Shown one piece after another: positions 13,441 through 25,500 of a DNA stretch of 64,000 nt. The translations under genes were made by a program, and so were the position numbers. Position 1 is the first letter of the stretch, and each line of letters opens with the position of its first letter. Source of the stretch: Lytechinus pictus (lineage: Eukaryota); NCBI RefSeq assembly GCF_037042905.1, contig NC_087256.1, positions 26,908,001 to 26,972,000 on the forward strand. The letters run 5' to 3'. The notes under the pieces were generated by a model that ran no database searches, had not been told where the DNA came from, and worked only from the letters and a program-made list of their open reading frames with translations.

Positions 13441-14947
13441 CAGTGGCGTAACTACGGGGGGCAGGGGGGCACGTGCCCCCTCCCCCCCCCCCCATCGGCT
13501 GGCCAAAAAAAACGGGGAAAAGGAAAAAAAGAGGGAGAAAGGAAGAGAAACGTAGTGGGAAAGAAGAAATTATTGTTCATTATAATGTTATATTATAATT
13601 ATGTAATGTTATATTACATAAGAAACATCTTTTTCATAACTTTATGAAACATAATTTGCTCAGGGCCTTATGTCTTCATTGTTCCTGGTGCTCGCATAGT
13701 CTGTTTAACGAGATATATGATCCTGTTGTACTAAAACCTCCCGTTTTCAGTCAATTACACCAAATATATTTCCTCGCACTACGAGATATTATTGTTTTAT
13801 GTAGTGACATGGGCTTCTTTTTCATCACTACTTAAAGCGATTGCCCCATTTTAAGGTCTTAATATAAAAATTTCCTTTCTGTGCTTACGTTCGCATTAGT
13901 GGATTGGTGAGATATGTCTGCTCATCATGAATTCCTAGAATCAGTCCTTAAAATGTCCCCTTTCCTGATCTGAATATAAAAAAATTCAGCTCGCGCTTCG
14001 CGCTCGCATCATTTGGTTAGCGATATACGTATGGTCTTAGTGTATTCCTACAAACAAGCCTGCAGGTCTGAATTTCCCAAATTTTCAGCTTGCGCTTCGC
14101 GCTCGCAATATTTGATTAGTGAATATGATAATCATGATTACAATGACTACAAAAAGTGTGTTTAGATGCAATTCTAACAAAATCAGCAAGCGCTTGGCAC
14201 TCGTATTAGATGACTATGGTGAGATATATATACTCTTAATGGATTCCTTAAAAATAGTCCTTAAGACATCCATGTTTTGGGTCAATATATACAAAAATAT
14301 TAGCTCGCGCTTCGCGCTCGCATCATTTGGTTAGTGAAATACGTATGGTCTTCGTGAGTTCATACAAACAAGCCTTAAAATGGCCCTTTTCAGGTCTGAA
14401 TTTCCAAAATTTTCAGCTCGCGCTTTGCGCTCGCAAGTGATTAGTGAGATGCGTATATTAATCATGATTACAATGACTACAAAAAGTGTGTTAAGATGTA
14501 ATTCTAACACAATCAGCAAGCGCTTGGCACTCGCATTAGATGACCATGGCGAGATATGTATACTCTGAATGGATTCCTAAAATATAGTCCTTAAAATGTC
14601 CCTGTTTGGGGTCAATATATATAAGAATTTCAGCTCGCGCTTTGCGCTCGCATTGTTTGTTTAGCGAGACAGGTACGTATCATAATTATAACAAATTTGT
14701 TCATAATGTCCCTTTTAAGGTCTGAATATAGAAAAATTTTCAGCTCGCGCTTCGCGCTCGCATTATTTAATCTGTGAGATACATAGCCGTTTAATGGCAC
14801 TGTCCTTAAAATGTCTCTATTAGGTCAGCAGGCCTATACCAGGCAACTGAGCGCGTGAAAAGTGCGCTCACTAAGTCACTCTTACTAAGTGACACAAATT
14901 ATTTGCTGGTGCCCCCCCCCAAAGCCGTGACCCACGGTACGCCACTG
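13441..14947. mobile_element. hAT-like non-autonomous element with internal tandem repeats
   Basis: CAGTGGCGTA..TACGCCACTG termini; perfect 8-bp TSD CACATACA; repeated CAGCTCGCGCTTCGCGCTCGCA units. Confidence 0.85.
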
Positions 14948-15048
14948 CACATACACTATGATGGCTTCGATCTAACTTTGATGTGAACCTCCTATGTATG
15001 CATATTGTGTTGTCGCCCATTTACCGGACATTTGCGAGTGCAGATTAA

Positions 15049-15745
15049 GGCCCGATCCCACTGCACTTGCGGATGCAAAGAGGATGTAAAACGGAAAAAA
15101 AAAATCTTGCCATCCGTTCGTTTAAACGCTATGCATCCGTTGTGTACTCATTGCATAGTGTTTCATATCGCTCTATCCATTGAGCATCCGCCCACTGTGA
15201 TTTTCATCCGCGCAAAAAGTTTTGAGCTGCACAAAACTTTCAGACGGGATGAACTTTTCCGCTGTCTGCGATGTAAATCCGCGACATATACGAGCAACAA
15301 ACGTTTTGCCCGTTATCACTCGTTAAACGTCCGCTTTATCCTCTTTGCTTCCTCTGGGCATTACATCCTCGCAACTCACATCCACTGCAGCTGAAAATGA
15401 AAAGGGCCCAAAGATAATATGGTACATTTATACATCATTATAGTAGAACGGAAATAGAAAGGATGTAAGCGTACGCATCTCGTATGTAAAGTATTCAAAA
15501 CCTCCGGTAAAACGTACCCCACTTCCATCCGCTTTCATGCGCTAGGCTTCCGATAAACATTCATTTAACATCCCCACTACATACTTCCCAAGTCCGTTTT
15601 TATTCGCTCTGTTTTCGCAAATTTTCGCCACTTTTGTCTATTTCTAGAGCGGATAAAAACGGATGGAGCCACCCCCAAAATGTTGCTCGTCCGCTGTGTC
15701 CTTTTTGCAAACGCTTTGTATCCGTCGGCCAGTGGGACCAGGATC
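15049..15745. mobile_element. PIF/Harbinger-like element (intact copy; only its right part recurs near 34630, 44035 and 50588)
   Basis: GGCCCGATCCCACTG..CAGTGGGACCAGGATC imperfect TIR; TAA on both flanks. Confidence 0.65.
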
Positions 15746-16239
15746 TAATTCTCATACTGTTGGTTTCGAACGTGCTTCAGAGCTTTGTGTTCAAATTTCA
15801 CGAAATATTGTTTTCATCAAAATGGACGTTTTCTTAAAATTTTGGTAGGTGGGTCTCCAAAAAAAAACTAAAAGCCAAAGTGGTCCTCGAGTAAAAAAAG
15901 GTTTAGAAGCGCTGTCATACATAGGGAAATCATAGGGGTATTGCGTCGCATTCAATTTAGAGCCTACTGTTACACGTATGCACATGTAGGCTATTTTACG
16001 GGGGGGGGCTAAGTAATCAAGTTACGGTTACCTTGGCGACAACTGTAATTTTTGATATGATATTGTAAGATAATAATTTCAGCCCAGAAGTAGCATTGTA
16101 TAAATACAATGTTCAAATATTTCCTTCCATAAACATTTTGTATTGAATCAATAAACCTGATGAAATGGACAGTCTGACGCAAACCCCCCCCCCCCCATAT
16201 ATCCGTACAATAACCTTCTCGTTTAAAAGGGTTGATTTA

Positions 16240-16519
16240 CACTGTTAGAAAATTTATCCTTAAAATAAAAGAAGTTCCTGCAGCAGAGTCTCGAGAACAC
16301 CTGTAATATTACCAGATTGCGTAATCTTACAGGAAATTGGTATTTGGTGTATGGAACCTTACAAATTTCCTTTAATAAAACGCCCTTTTCCCCTTTTTAA
16401 ACAGAACTGTTCTGTTAAATTGCAGAAAAATTCCTGTTTTAGGAATTTACACAATGATTCTGTTACTGCTTTCTGCAAAATCTTTTTTTTTTCCTGCAAA
16501 ATCAGGGGTTTTTTCAGTG
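16240..16519. mobile_element. CACTG-terminus (EnSpm/CACTA-like) MITE; duplicated near 35469, 44860 and 51412
   Basis: TA-CACTGTTA..CAGTG-TA; the copy ending near 35748 has TAACAGTG. Confidence 0.65.
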
Positions 16520-16842
16520 TAGTTTGTAAAGTTATAAGTAGGCCTATCTATTGACCCTCTGTGGAGCTAATCTATGACGTTGTACATAAGCATTTATATA
16601 ATTATATTGGGGGCCCTACATATGTAATTTGTCCAACTCAAACTTAATTGGAGGACTTTTGATTAGCCCCGATCAAAGAGTTTCAATCCGATATCACGAC
16701 AATTATAAGTTAAACTAATTGCTCATGGGGCGATCCCTTATCAAAATTTTAAACGGGCGGCTGCGGGATGACTGTCAAAATACAAAATTGCCTTGATCTA
16801 TCAAATCCTGGGAGTGTTTCACAAAAAAAGAGTCGCACTTAA

Positions 16843-17210
16843 AGGACAAGTCCACTCCGACAAAAAGTTTGTTTGAATAAAAAGATAAAAATCCAACGAG
16901 TAAAACCCTGAAAATTTCATGAAAATCGCATGTAAAACAAGAAAGTTATGACATTTTAAAGTTTCGCTTAATTTCACAAAACAGTTATGCACATCCTGGT
17001 TGGCTTGCAAATGAGGAGACTGGTGACGTCATCCACTCACTATTTACTTTGTATTTTATTACATAAAATGTGAAATATTCTAATTTTCCCCTCACTGTCA
17101 AGTGAAACAAAGATTAATTCCTCCCTGAACACCTAGAATTATCATTATTCTAATACTATATGGTTAAGTGAAGTTGACCCTTATTGTCAAACCTGCAAAA
17201 ATGAAAACAG
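16843..17210. mobile_element. Truncated Kolobok-like element; duplicated near 36091, 45470 and 52022
   Basis: TTAA-AGGACAAGTCCAC start and the same subterminal motifs as the 10559 element. No matching right end seen. Confidence 0.55.
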
Positions 17211-17576
17211 TGAGTGAGGGACAGTTGTGCATACAACTGTTTTGTGGAAAATAGCTTTAGCCGACATGGTCATTTGACGAAATGGCACTGTCATAACACC
17301 CCCCCCCCTGGATCCACCTATGCAGTTGACGGCGAGAAGAGCGGAGAAGCCAAAACTATGCGATGCATGTTGAAGTGTCAGTCATTTTGACATCGCTCTT
17401 GGATAATGGCCGGTTTAGATTATGGTTCAAGGCGTTTTGAGCACTCATGGTTAAAAACCCTTTTTTTCAACCAAGGATGTTTGATATGCCATTCAGTGTT
17501 TGACAGCAGCTATGAGACAATTTGCTATTTTGCACGCATCCGTTTCTTCGGAGAGCCGAGGCACACACAAACATCC

Positions 17577-17583
17577 TATAAAT
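17577..17583 (+). promoter_or_regulatory. Candidate TATA box in an upstream block conserved across the five plus-strand GPCR copies
   Basis: CCTATAAATA here and at 39812, near 46365 and near 52920. A diverged homolog (CTTATAAAAT, 60488) lies within an alignable block (17355-17615 vs 60310-60520). Confidence 0.45.
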
Positions 17584-18004
17584 ATTTCATTATTTGAGCT
17601 AAATCGTTAATTCGCTAAGGAAACTAGGACGCAGCTTACAGTGACAATTTCAAAAGCACTCAAGACAGTCTAAACACGAATCCAATCGTGTCAATCTTTC
17701 AAATTTGAAATAAAAGTTAACTAATGGAGACGAAGTACTTTGTCATAATTGTAGGTCATCCTTGATGAGAAACTCGAGCGTAACGGTGAAATCAACTGCA
17801 GATATATGAATATAAATAGCTTGGAGATTTTATATATTATATACATATATATATATATAAATGCTACCATGTATATTGTTTTTGAAATAGTGCTTTAAGA
17901 GGTATTTTAACTTTGATTTGGAGGCTTGCATGCCATAGTATTTTTTGTTCTTTCTACTACTGTTCTCCAGAATATCACACTGCAGAAAACATTTTGAACC
18001 GATT

Positions 18005-19123
18005 ATGGAAAATACAACTCTGTTAGATTTTCTCGATGCATCTATTGCCAGTACACAAACCATATACCCTACCACAGATGTACAGGGCATCAACAGTGAT
18101 TCAAAATCAAAATTTTATTCCACGATGACTCCAAGTGCTATATCGGAAACAAATGTCGTTTCTTTCCTTCATCGCGTAATTGTTGCATCCGTCTTGCTCG
18201 TATTCGCATTGGTCGGTCTTTTGGGCAACTCCCTCGTCATCATTTCAGTTATTGTTAGCAAAAACCTACGGACGATCACCAATATTCTGGTCGTCAATCT
18301 CGCTTTCGCCGATATCTTGACAAGTTCCTTTATACCTTTCCAAAGTGTTGGTCTCCTAAGTCAGACAGGAACTTACCCAGTGAACGAGGGGGTCTGCGCA
18401 ACAGTGGCCGCAGTACTCTACACCAGCGTCTGCTGCAGTGCATACACTCTTGTAGCAATAGCATTTATAAGGTGGTATGTCATCACCAAGTCTATCCGAG
18501 GACACCAAGGTCTTCATACTCCCAAGAGAATCATTGCCATAGCTGTCATAATCTGGATATACTCAGGATCAGCTATGGTCCTACCTCCAGTGTTTGGTCT
18601 CGGGACACTCGGCTACTCCGAATATTACAGCATATGTTCTCTAAAAGATGGGCAAACATCCAAAACTTATTACGTCGTACTTCAGGGAACCTTGGCAGCA
18701 GTTGCTCTTCTGATCACTCTTACACTCTACACTTTGATTCTGAGTCATGTTCGTCGACACAATGACCAATTTCGAAACAAGTACGCAACGGATGATGAGA
18801 CCAAGTCCACGTCAGCAAGTACACGCGGAGGCCAAGCTTCTTCATCTGATTCTGGAGGTTCTCATCCACCCATGATCAAGGCAATCAACCAAAAGGAAAT
18901 CGAGATCACTAAGAATCTTTTCATGGTCGTTTGTGTTTTCATGTTCTGTTTCCTAGCCACTGTTGTTAATTTGTACGTCATCCCCGGTTCTAGTGCCGTT
19001 ACTCTGTACACTACTATGATACTGTTAGGGAACAGTGTAGCCAATCCGATCGTGTATGGTTTGAAGCATCCGAACTTTCAGGTGGTCTTCAAGAAAATCC
19101 TAAGCTGTCGATCTGTAGGATAG
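18005..19123 (+). CDS. Intronless class A GPCR, array copy 1 (372 aa from first ATG)
   Basis: Seven hydrophobic segments; GN (TM1), NLAFAD (TM2), Cys at the top of TM3 and in ECL2, IRWY at the DRY position, W in TM4, NPIVY (TM7); N-terminal sequon NTT. Confidence 0.95.
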   Translation: MENTTLLDFLDASIASTQTIYPTTDVQGINSDSKSKFYSTMTPSAISETNVVSFLHRVIVASVLLVFALVGLLGNSLVIISVIVSKNLRTITNILVVNLAFADILTSSFIPFQSVGLLSQTGTYPVNEGVCATVAAVLYTSVCCSAYTLVAIAFIRWYVITKSIRGHQGLHTPKRIIAIAVIIWIYSGSAMVLPPVFGLGTLGYSEYYSICSLKDGQTSKTYYVVLQGTLAAVALLITLTLYTLILSHVRRHNDQFRNKYATDDETKSTSASTRGGQASSSDSGGSHPPMIKAINQKEIEITKNLFMVVCVFMFCFLATVVNLYVIPGSSAVTLYTTMILLGNSVANPIVYGLKHPNFQVVFKKILSCRSVG

Positions 19124-19205
19124 ATTTGTCATAGAAATTAAATCATGGAAGGCTTTCTGTTACTGCTTGACTGACAAATTCTACATCTGACTGAAACGGG
19201 TAGAT

Positions 19206-20401
19206 CAGTCATTCTCAATTACTTTTGTTGAAGCTCCACATTTCTTGTTGAGAATCTGTACTGTTCCCCTAGCGCTAACGAGCAAAATATTGCTGAGGGG
19301 CCCCTGGTAGGCTCGAGGGGGCGGAGCCCCTTGAAGCTTTGGAATATGAGGCTTTTTAAATGGCCACGAGGGGGTCTAAAAAGAAACACAAATGCAAACA
19401 AACTACACAATTTATTAATTTTTAAATGATAAGTGACTTTTCACAACATACCAGTGATACCGCTAGTTCTCGAAGGCATGAACACATCACAGCACGCAAT
19501 ACCTTGCAGCATTTCTCTTTCACAACCTTGGATTTTAAAAAATCTGCTTCGGAAACAAAGTTTCTGATTTTCAATATGTCTAAAACTCCTTACTTCTGTG
19601 AAAATTATTTGTTGGTTAAAACTTACCCGACTTACTTTTTGTGATGCCACAATAATATGCAGATTAAGAACTTTATTTTATATCTGTATAATTTTATGTC
19701 ACCACATTTTCCGATATGATGTGCTTTGCCAGGAGTCCAAGTTGTTGATTAAAAGCCTGGCTTTATTGTCATCATCTCAAATGCTGCATCATTCTGAGCA
19801 GTTCCATAAATTTTCAATGTATAATCTGGAAATGCGAAATTACTAGCCGTAGAAATAGTTGAAAACGTGATAGATATCCGATGAACGGGGCTATCAGATC
19901 CCTTGTGATCATAGACAGATAGATATAATTTGTATACCTCTCTCGTGATGCACATGCATGACTATTGACAGTCGCACATGAATCCATACACCAAGCCTAT
20001 CAAAACCATAACGTTAGAATAAATAAAAATAAAATCAATAAAGACTTAAGTTTAAAATATATCTGACTTGTTTTTCCCTTTGTGTAAAATTATCATCAAA
20101 CATCAAACATCTCAATTTACATTTTCCCCATTTTGTTTATACCGGCTCCCACGCGCCACTCCGCAAGGCTCGGTGCGCCACAAGTGGCACGTAGTCTGCA
20201 GGCACAGACCCTGATTGAAACTTTGATCAATAAGTGTGCCTCCACGCAAAGACTAGCACATACAAAACTTGCTGTTCCAATACAGCGAGAGAGTCTTCAG
20301 TACACAAGGCATGAGTAGGCTGCACATTCAGACCCTTAACTCGAGTGAAGGGTTTGCCCAGCAGACTAAGTGGCACGCGGGCCGCTATTTGAGAATCCCA
20401 G
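19206..20401. mobile_element. hAT-like element ~80 bp after the GPCR stop (copy 1 version)
   Basis: Same element as 41431-42442 with a degenerate TSD. Absent after copy 4. Confidence 0.75.
20192..20368. mobile_element. 177-bp MITE with TAG termini and 9-bp TSD (Academ/AcademH-like)
   Basis: TAGTCTGC..GCAGACTA flanked by AGTGGCACG twice. The paralogous sites near 42410 and 48963 are empty with one AGTGGCACG. Confidence 0.85.
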
Positions 20402-20685
20402 GCGTAGGTCATACATGTATAAGATATCTTTTATCATAAGTGACAAGAGTAGGCCTAGTATTACGCGTTATTTAGACAAACTGACTACCTCAGGGTCAGC
20501 CCGAGGGTCAGCAAACGCAGTTGCTAAACAAGGGACACGGTACGCCTCGGTCCACTTGTGTTCCTAGCAATGATAAATAGCGCACTCCAAACATCAACAT
20601 ATCTGTTATACGATTGATGATATGAATTTTATTTTGAATTTGAATTTATTGATGAATTTTATTCACTTGACATACACATTTGTTT

Positions 20686-21035
20686 TATAATACATAATAA
20701 TCGGCTTTTATAAAGCGCGTAATACATCGGAACGACGTCTCTAAGCGCTTTACAGATATTATTACCCATGTCTTAAGATCCGGGCATGCCCGCACATAAT
20801 GCATGCACTCTCTCCACTTCAATGGGGAGCATTCCAACAAGAGTTCTAAGACTCGATTGCTAAGCATACTACGTAGGCTGTCGCATCTACCGGGTACCCA
20901 TTTAACACCTGGGTGAAGAGTGGCAAAGTGTGGATTTTTACGTCTTGCCAAAGGACGCTAGGCCACGGTGTGATTCGAACACACGATCCTCTGATTACAA
21001 GGCGAGAGTCAGAACCGCTACATCACGACGTTTCC
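20686..21035 (-). mobile_element. tRNA-derived SINE with a conserved central domain and an L2-like 3' tail
   Basis: Minus strand: A-box-like TGATGTAGCGG, B box GTTCGAATC, core CACCCAGGTGTTAAATGGGTACC, tail TGTAAAGCGCTTAGAG..GCGCTTTATAAAAG..ATTATT. Confidence 0.85.
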
Positions 21036-21039
21036 ATAT

Positions 21040-21320
21040 ACAATATGACATTTGGAGATGCTTGCAGTATGGGTGGATAAAGTGTGATTCCGGATGCTTT
21101 AGACTCGCTATTGGTGCCAATAGCCGTTATATACACGATTTAGTCCCACTAAATGCAAGGCCATGCAGATTACCTTCACCGAAGCTCGCCCTCATCCTCT
21201 ATTTCTTAATGACACCACTCTTCAAGAGATCAGGGAGATACAACTGATTGGTGTTACTATTCAGTGGAACTTGAATTGGGATTCCCACGTGAACGAAATG
21301 CAACATCATTTGTGTGATGA
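21040..21320 (+). pseudogene. Old degenerate L2/CR1-type LINE RT fragment (shorter copies at 43085-43253 and 49638-49806)
   Basis: KCKAMQITF..LNDTTLQEIREIQLIGVTIQWNLNWDSHVNEM resembles the post-YADD region of LINE RTs. Confidence 0.65.
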
Positions 21321-21329
21321 AGATATACC

Positions 21330-21623
21330 GGGCCCCAGTGGAGGACTTACAATATTCACATGCTATGTTTAACAACGGAGGAGGGCGCCCGTCACCGTCA
21401 TTTGATTTGGTTACGACTTTTCTCACTGCGGTGAAATTTCCTCATTTTGAACGCTTTGAATTCATCTGGATTAGAAATATTGCATCGGAGATCCCATTAA
21501 AACTTTCTATCTAGAAATTGACTTTGGGTGACTTTTTTGTGACCCTGCAAATACGGATTTCAATTCACGAGTCTCAGCCGAATTTGGAATTTTGAATATG
21601 GCGGCACGTACTGACGCGTCATA
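21330..21623 (+). mobile_element. 5' UTR and first codons of a Tx1/L1-type ORF1
   Basis: ATG at 21598 (MAARTDAS) continues in frame at 33738 once the foldback insert and one TSD copy are removed. The 5' boundary is approximate. Confidence 0.7.
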
Positions 21624-21824
21624 TATGAGGCGCCGAATGTACCAATATTATATAGAACAATTATTTGTTATATAATCATTATTTGTTAAATAATAACTAT
21701 TATTTATATATAATTTACATTTTATTTGTAAATAACTACTATTATATAAAATATCATTTCTAATTATTTATATATAATTCCAAGTAATACTTCATTATTT
21801 GTAAATAATAATAGTTCGACATTC

Positions 21825-22245
21825 CATTATTTATAAATAATGATTATTTGTTTTTCATTATTTATAAATAATGATTATTTGTTTTTCATTATTTATAAAT
21901 AATGATTATTTGTTTTTCATTATTTGTAAATAATGATTATTTGTTTTTCATTATTTATATATAATGATTATTTGTTTTTCATTATTTACAAATAATGATT
22001 ATTTGTTTTTCATTATTTATAAATAATGATTATTTGTTTTTCATTATTTATAAATAATGATTATTTGTTTTTCATTATTTATAAATAATGATTACTTGTT
22101 TTTCATTATTTATAAATAATGATTATTTGTTTTTCATTATTTATAAATAATGATTATTTGTTTTTCATTATTTACAAATAATGATTATTTGTTTTTCATT
22201 ATTTATAAATAATGATTATTTGTTTTTCATTATTTATAAATAATT
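21825..22245. repeat. 31-bp tandem minisatellite within the foldback arm (mirror at 24730-24920 and 33329-33530)
   Basis: Unit TTTTTCATTATTTATAAATAATGATTATTTG, about 13 copies, containing the 18-bp palindrome CATTATTTATAAATAATG. Confidence 0.95.
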
Positions 22246-24934
22246 TGTTGAGTTTTCCATTATTTATAAATAATGATTATTTGTTAAATAATGAAAACGT
22301 CTACTTCATTATTTATAAATAATTTTTTCGAGTGCACCATTATTCTCATTATTTATAAATAATCATTATTTAATGTTCGAGTTTTCCATTATTTATAAAT
22401 AAAGATTATTTGTTAAATAATGAAATATCTACTTCATTATTTATAAATAATAATTTTGTTTCAATATCCCATTATTTATAAATAATCATTATTTATAAAC
22501 AATTTTTACAGTTTGCCATTATATACAAATAATAATTATTTATATACAAATAACCATTATTTATTAAATAATGCCATTATTTATTAAATAATGCCATTAT
22601 TTATTAAATAATGGAAAACTCGCTATAACATGCAAATGTGGGACCGCCCATGATATGAATATTCATGATGCGATTTCCTTTTTCGTGATTTTTCTTCACA
22701 AATTTTTGTCCATTTCCTCTTCATAATGACATTTCTTGAAGCAATTTTCTAGGGATATGGTCTGATTGTAATATTCTTCATTTTCTATATAACTTCGTCT
22801 TCGTAGAAATATCAAAAAGTGTAATTTTATACGATTTTTTCTACAGTTCACAATCCCCATAGGCGCGCGTGTACGGTACGGACAACCGGTGAATCGACGG
22901 AGTGCTCTTCATCGAAATACTACGTTGGTTGGTCCCCGGAAGTGGCGGGCGGAATTTAGCCCGAATCCTCGATGGAAGTCGATCAAGTGCATATGAGCTG
23001 AGAGAGTGAAATATCAGTGTACTTGTACAGGCCCTTCTACTTTTTATAAATATTTCTTGTTGCTTTTTTTGTTAAGTTAATTTTTCCTGGTGTAGAGATA
23101 AGTTTCATTTCTAATAATGCACTTCAAATACATTTTGGAGTGTCTGTTTGAGGCGTTTGGGGCGAGTTCACCCTGGCCCCAAAATGCTCGCAACGACAAT
23201 ACGGGGGCATGATGACCCCTAAATTTTTAAAAACTTATTTTTCTATTGAAAATTATCACAAAATTCACCAAAAGTGTGCACGAAAGCCTTCGTATTTCAC
23301 TTTTAAAACTCCAAAAAGTGCCCAAATGACAAGCTTAATTGGTCGCTTCGCTGTGTCGCTTTCAACTTGAGAACATTTACGCGTCTGCTTCCCCCCCCCC
23401 CCCCGGAATGAGAAAGTTTACGCGCGTCCTGCTCCCCCTACCCCCCCCCCCCCCCGGAAAAAATTCTGCGTAAGGCCATGATGATAATGAGATAAAAATA
23501 ATGAAAATGAAGTATACATAAATCAATGTGCCAGGCTCTTTAGAGCATGGCCGTATACAGAATTTCTTTCGGAGGAGGGGGGGGGGGAAGCAGACGCGTA
23601 AATGTTCTCAAGTTGAAAGCGACACAGCGAAGCGACCAAGCTTGTCATTTGGGCACTTTTTGGAGTTTTAAAAGTGAAATACGAAGGCTTTCGTGCACAC
23701 TTTTGGTGAATTTTGTGATAATTTTCAATAGAAAAATAAGTTTTTAAAAAATTAGGGGTCATCATGCCCCCCGTATTGTCGTTGCGAGCATTTTGGGGCC
23801 AGGGTGAAATCGCCCCAAACGCCTCAAACAGACACTCCAAAATGTATTTGAAGTGCATTATTAGAAATGAAACTTATCTCTACACCAGGAAAAATTAACT
23901 TAACAAAAAAAGCAACAAGAAATATTTATAAAAAGTAGAAGGGCCTGTACAAGTACACTGATATTTCACTCTCTCAGCTCATATGCACTTGATCGACTTC
24001 CATCGAGGATTCGGGCTAAATTCCGCCCGCCACTTCCGGGGACCAACCAACGTAGTATTTCGATGAAGAGCACTCCGTCGATTCACCGGTTGTCCCTACC
24101 GTACACGCGCGCCTATGGGGATTGTGAACTGTAGAAAAAATCGTATAAAATTACACTTTTTGATATTTCTACGAAGACGAAGTTATATAGAAAATGAAGA
24201 ATATTACAATCAGACCATATCCCTAGAAAATTGCTTCAAGAAATGTCATTATGAAGAGGAAATGGACAAAAATTTGTGAAGAAAAATCACGAAAAAGGAA
24301 ATCGCATCATGAATATTCATATCATGGGCGGTCCCACATTTGCATGTTATAGCGAGTTTTCCATTATTTAATAAATAATGGCATTATTTAATAAATAATG
24401 GCATTATTTAATAAATAATGGTTATTTGTATATAAATAATTATTATTTGTATATAATGGCAAACTGTAAAAATTGTTTATAAATAATGATTATTTATAAA
24501 TAATGGGATATTGAAACAAAATTATTATTTATAAATAATGAAGTAGATATTTCATTATTTAACAAATAATCTTTATTTATAAATAATGGAAAACTCGAAC
24601 ATTAAATAATGATTATTTATAAATAATGAGAATAATGGTGCACTCGAAAAAATTATTTATAAATAATGAAGTAGACGTTTTCATTATTTAACAAATAATC
24701 ATTATTTATAAATAATGGAAAACTCAACAAATTATTTATAAATAATGAAAAACAAATAATCATTATTTATAAATAATGAAAAACAAATAATCATTATTTG
24801 TAAATAATGAAAAACAAATAATCATTATTTATAAATAATGAAAAACAAATAATCATTATTTATAAATAATGAAAAACAAATAATCATTATTTATAAATAA
24901 TGAAAAACAAATAATCATTTCCCAGGTAACAATA

Positions 24935-25500
24935 CAGCGTTGGACCAACGTTGGATCAACGTTGGGAAATTTTTTCCCAACGTTGCCTCAACGTTGGTAG
25001 GCAAACGTTGCATCATCGATAGAAGTGCACGCGCATACATCGTCAGACCAACAACATTTCCAACGTCAGTTCAACGTTGTCTAGCAACAATGTTTCAACG
25101 TTGTCTGGCAACGTTGATCCAATGTTGGCTAAATAGTCAAATACAACATTGCTACAACGTTGGTAAGCAACGTTGCATCATCGATAGAAGTGCACGTCAA
25201 TACATCGTCAGACCAACAACATTTTCAACGTCAGTTCAACGTTGTCCACCATCAATGCTCCAACGTTGGTATAATGTCGGCTGAGTCATCAATAACAGCG
25301 TTGCTGCAACGTTGATGGGCAACGTTGAAGCAGCGATGGACGTGCACGTGCATACATCGTCAGTCCAACTATGTTTACAACGTTGGTTCAACGCTGTCCA
25401 GCAACAATGCTCCAACGTTGTCTGGCAACATTGCTCCAACATTGTTACAACGTTGTAACAACGTTGCTCCAACATTGCTCCAACGTTATTCCAACGTATG
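24935..25500. repeat. Subterminal CAACGTTG palindrome array (second patch 25940-26070)
   Basis: Dense CAACGTTG variants at ~11-bp spacing. Confidence 0.85.

Noticed and set aside
17024-17031. CRE palindrome TGACGTCA upstream of the receptors (also 61211)
   Set aside because: It lies inside a common TE, and there is no evidence of function from sequence alone.
21825-22245. CRISPR-like array of 31-bp palindromic repeats
   Set aside because: The repeats are contiguous with no unique spacers, there are no cas genes, and the context is eukaryotic.
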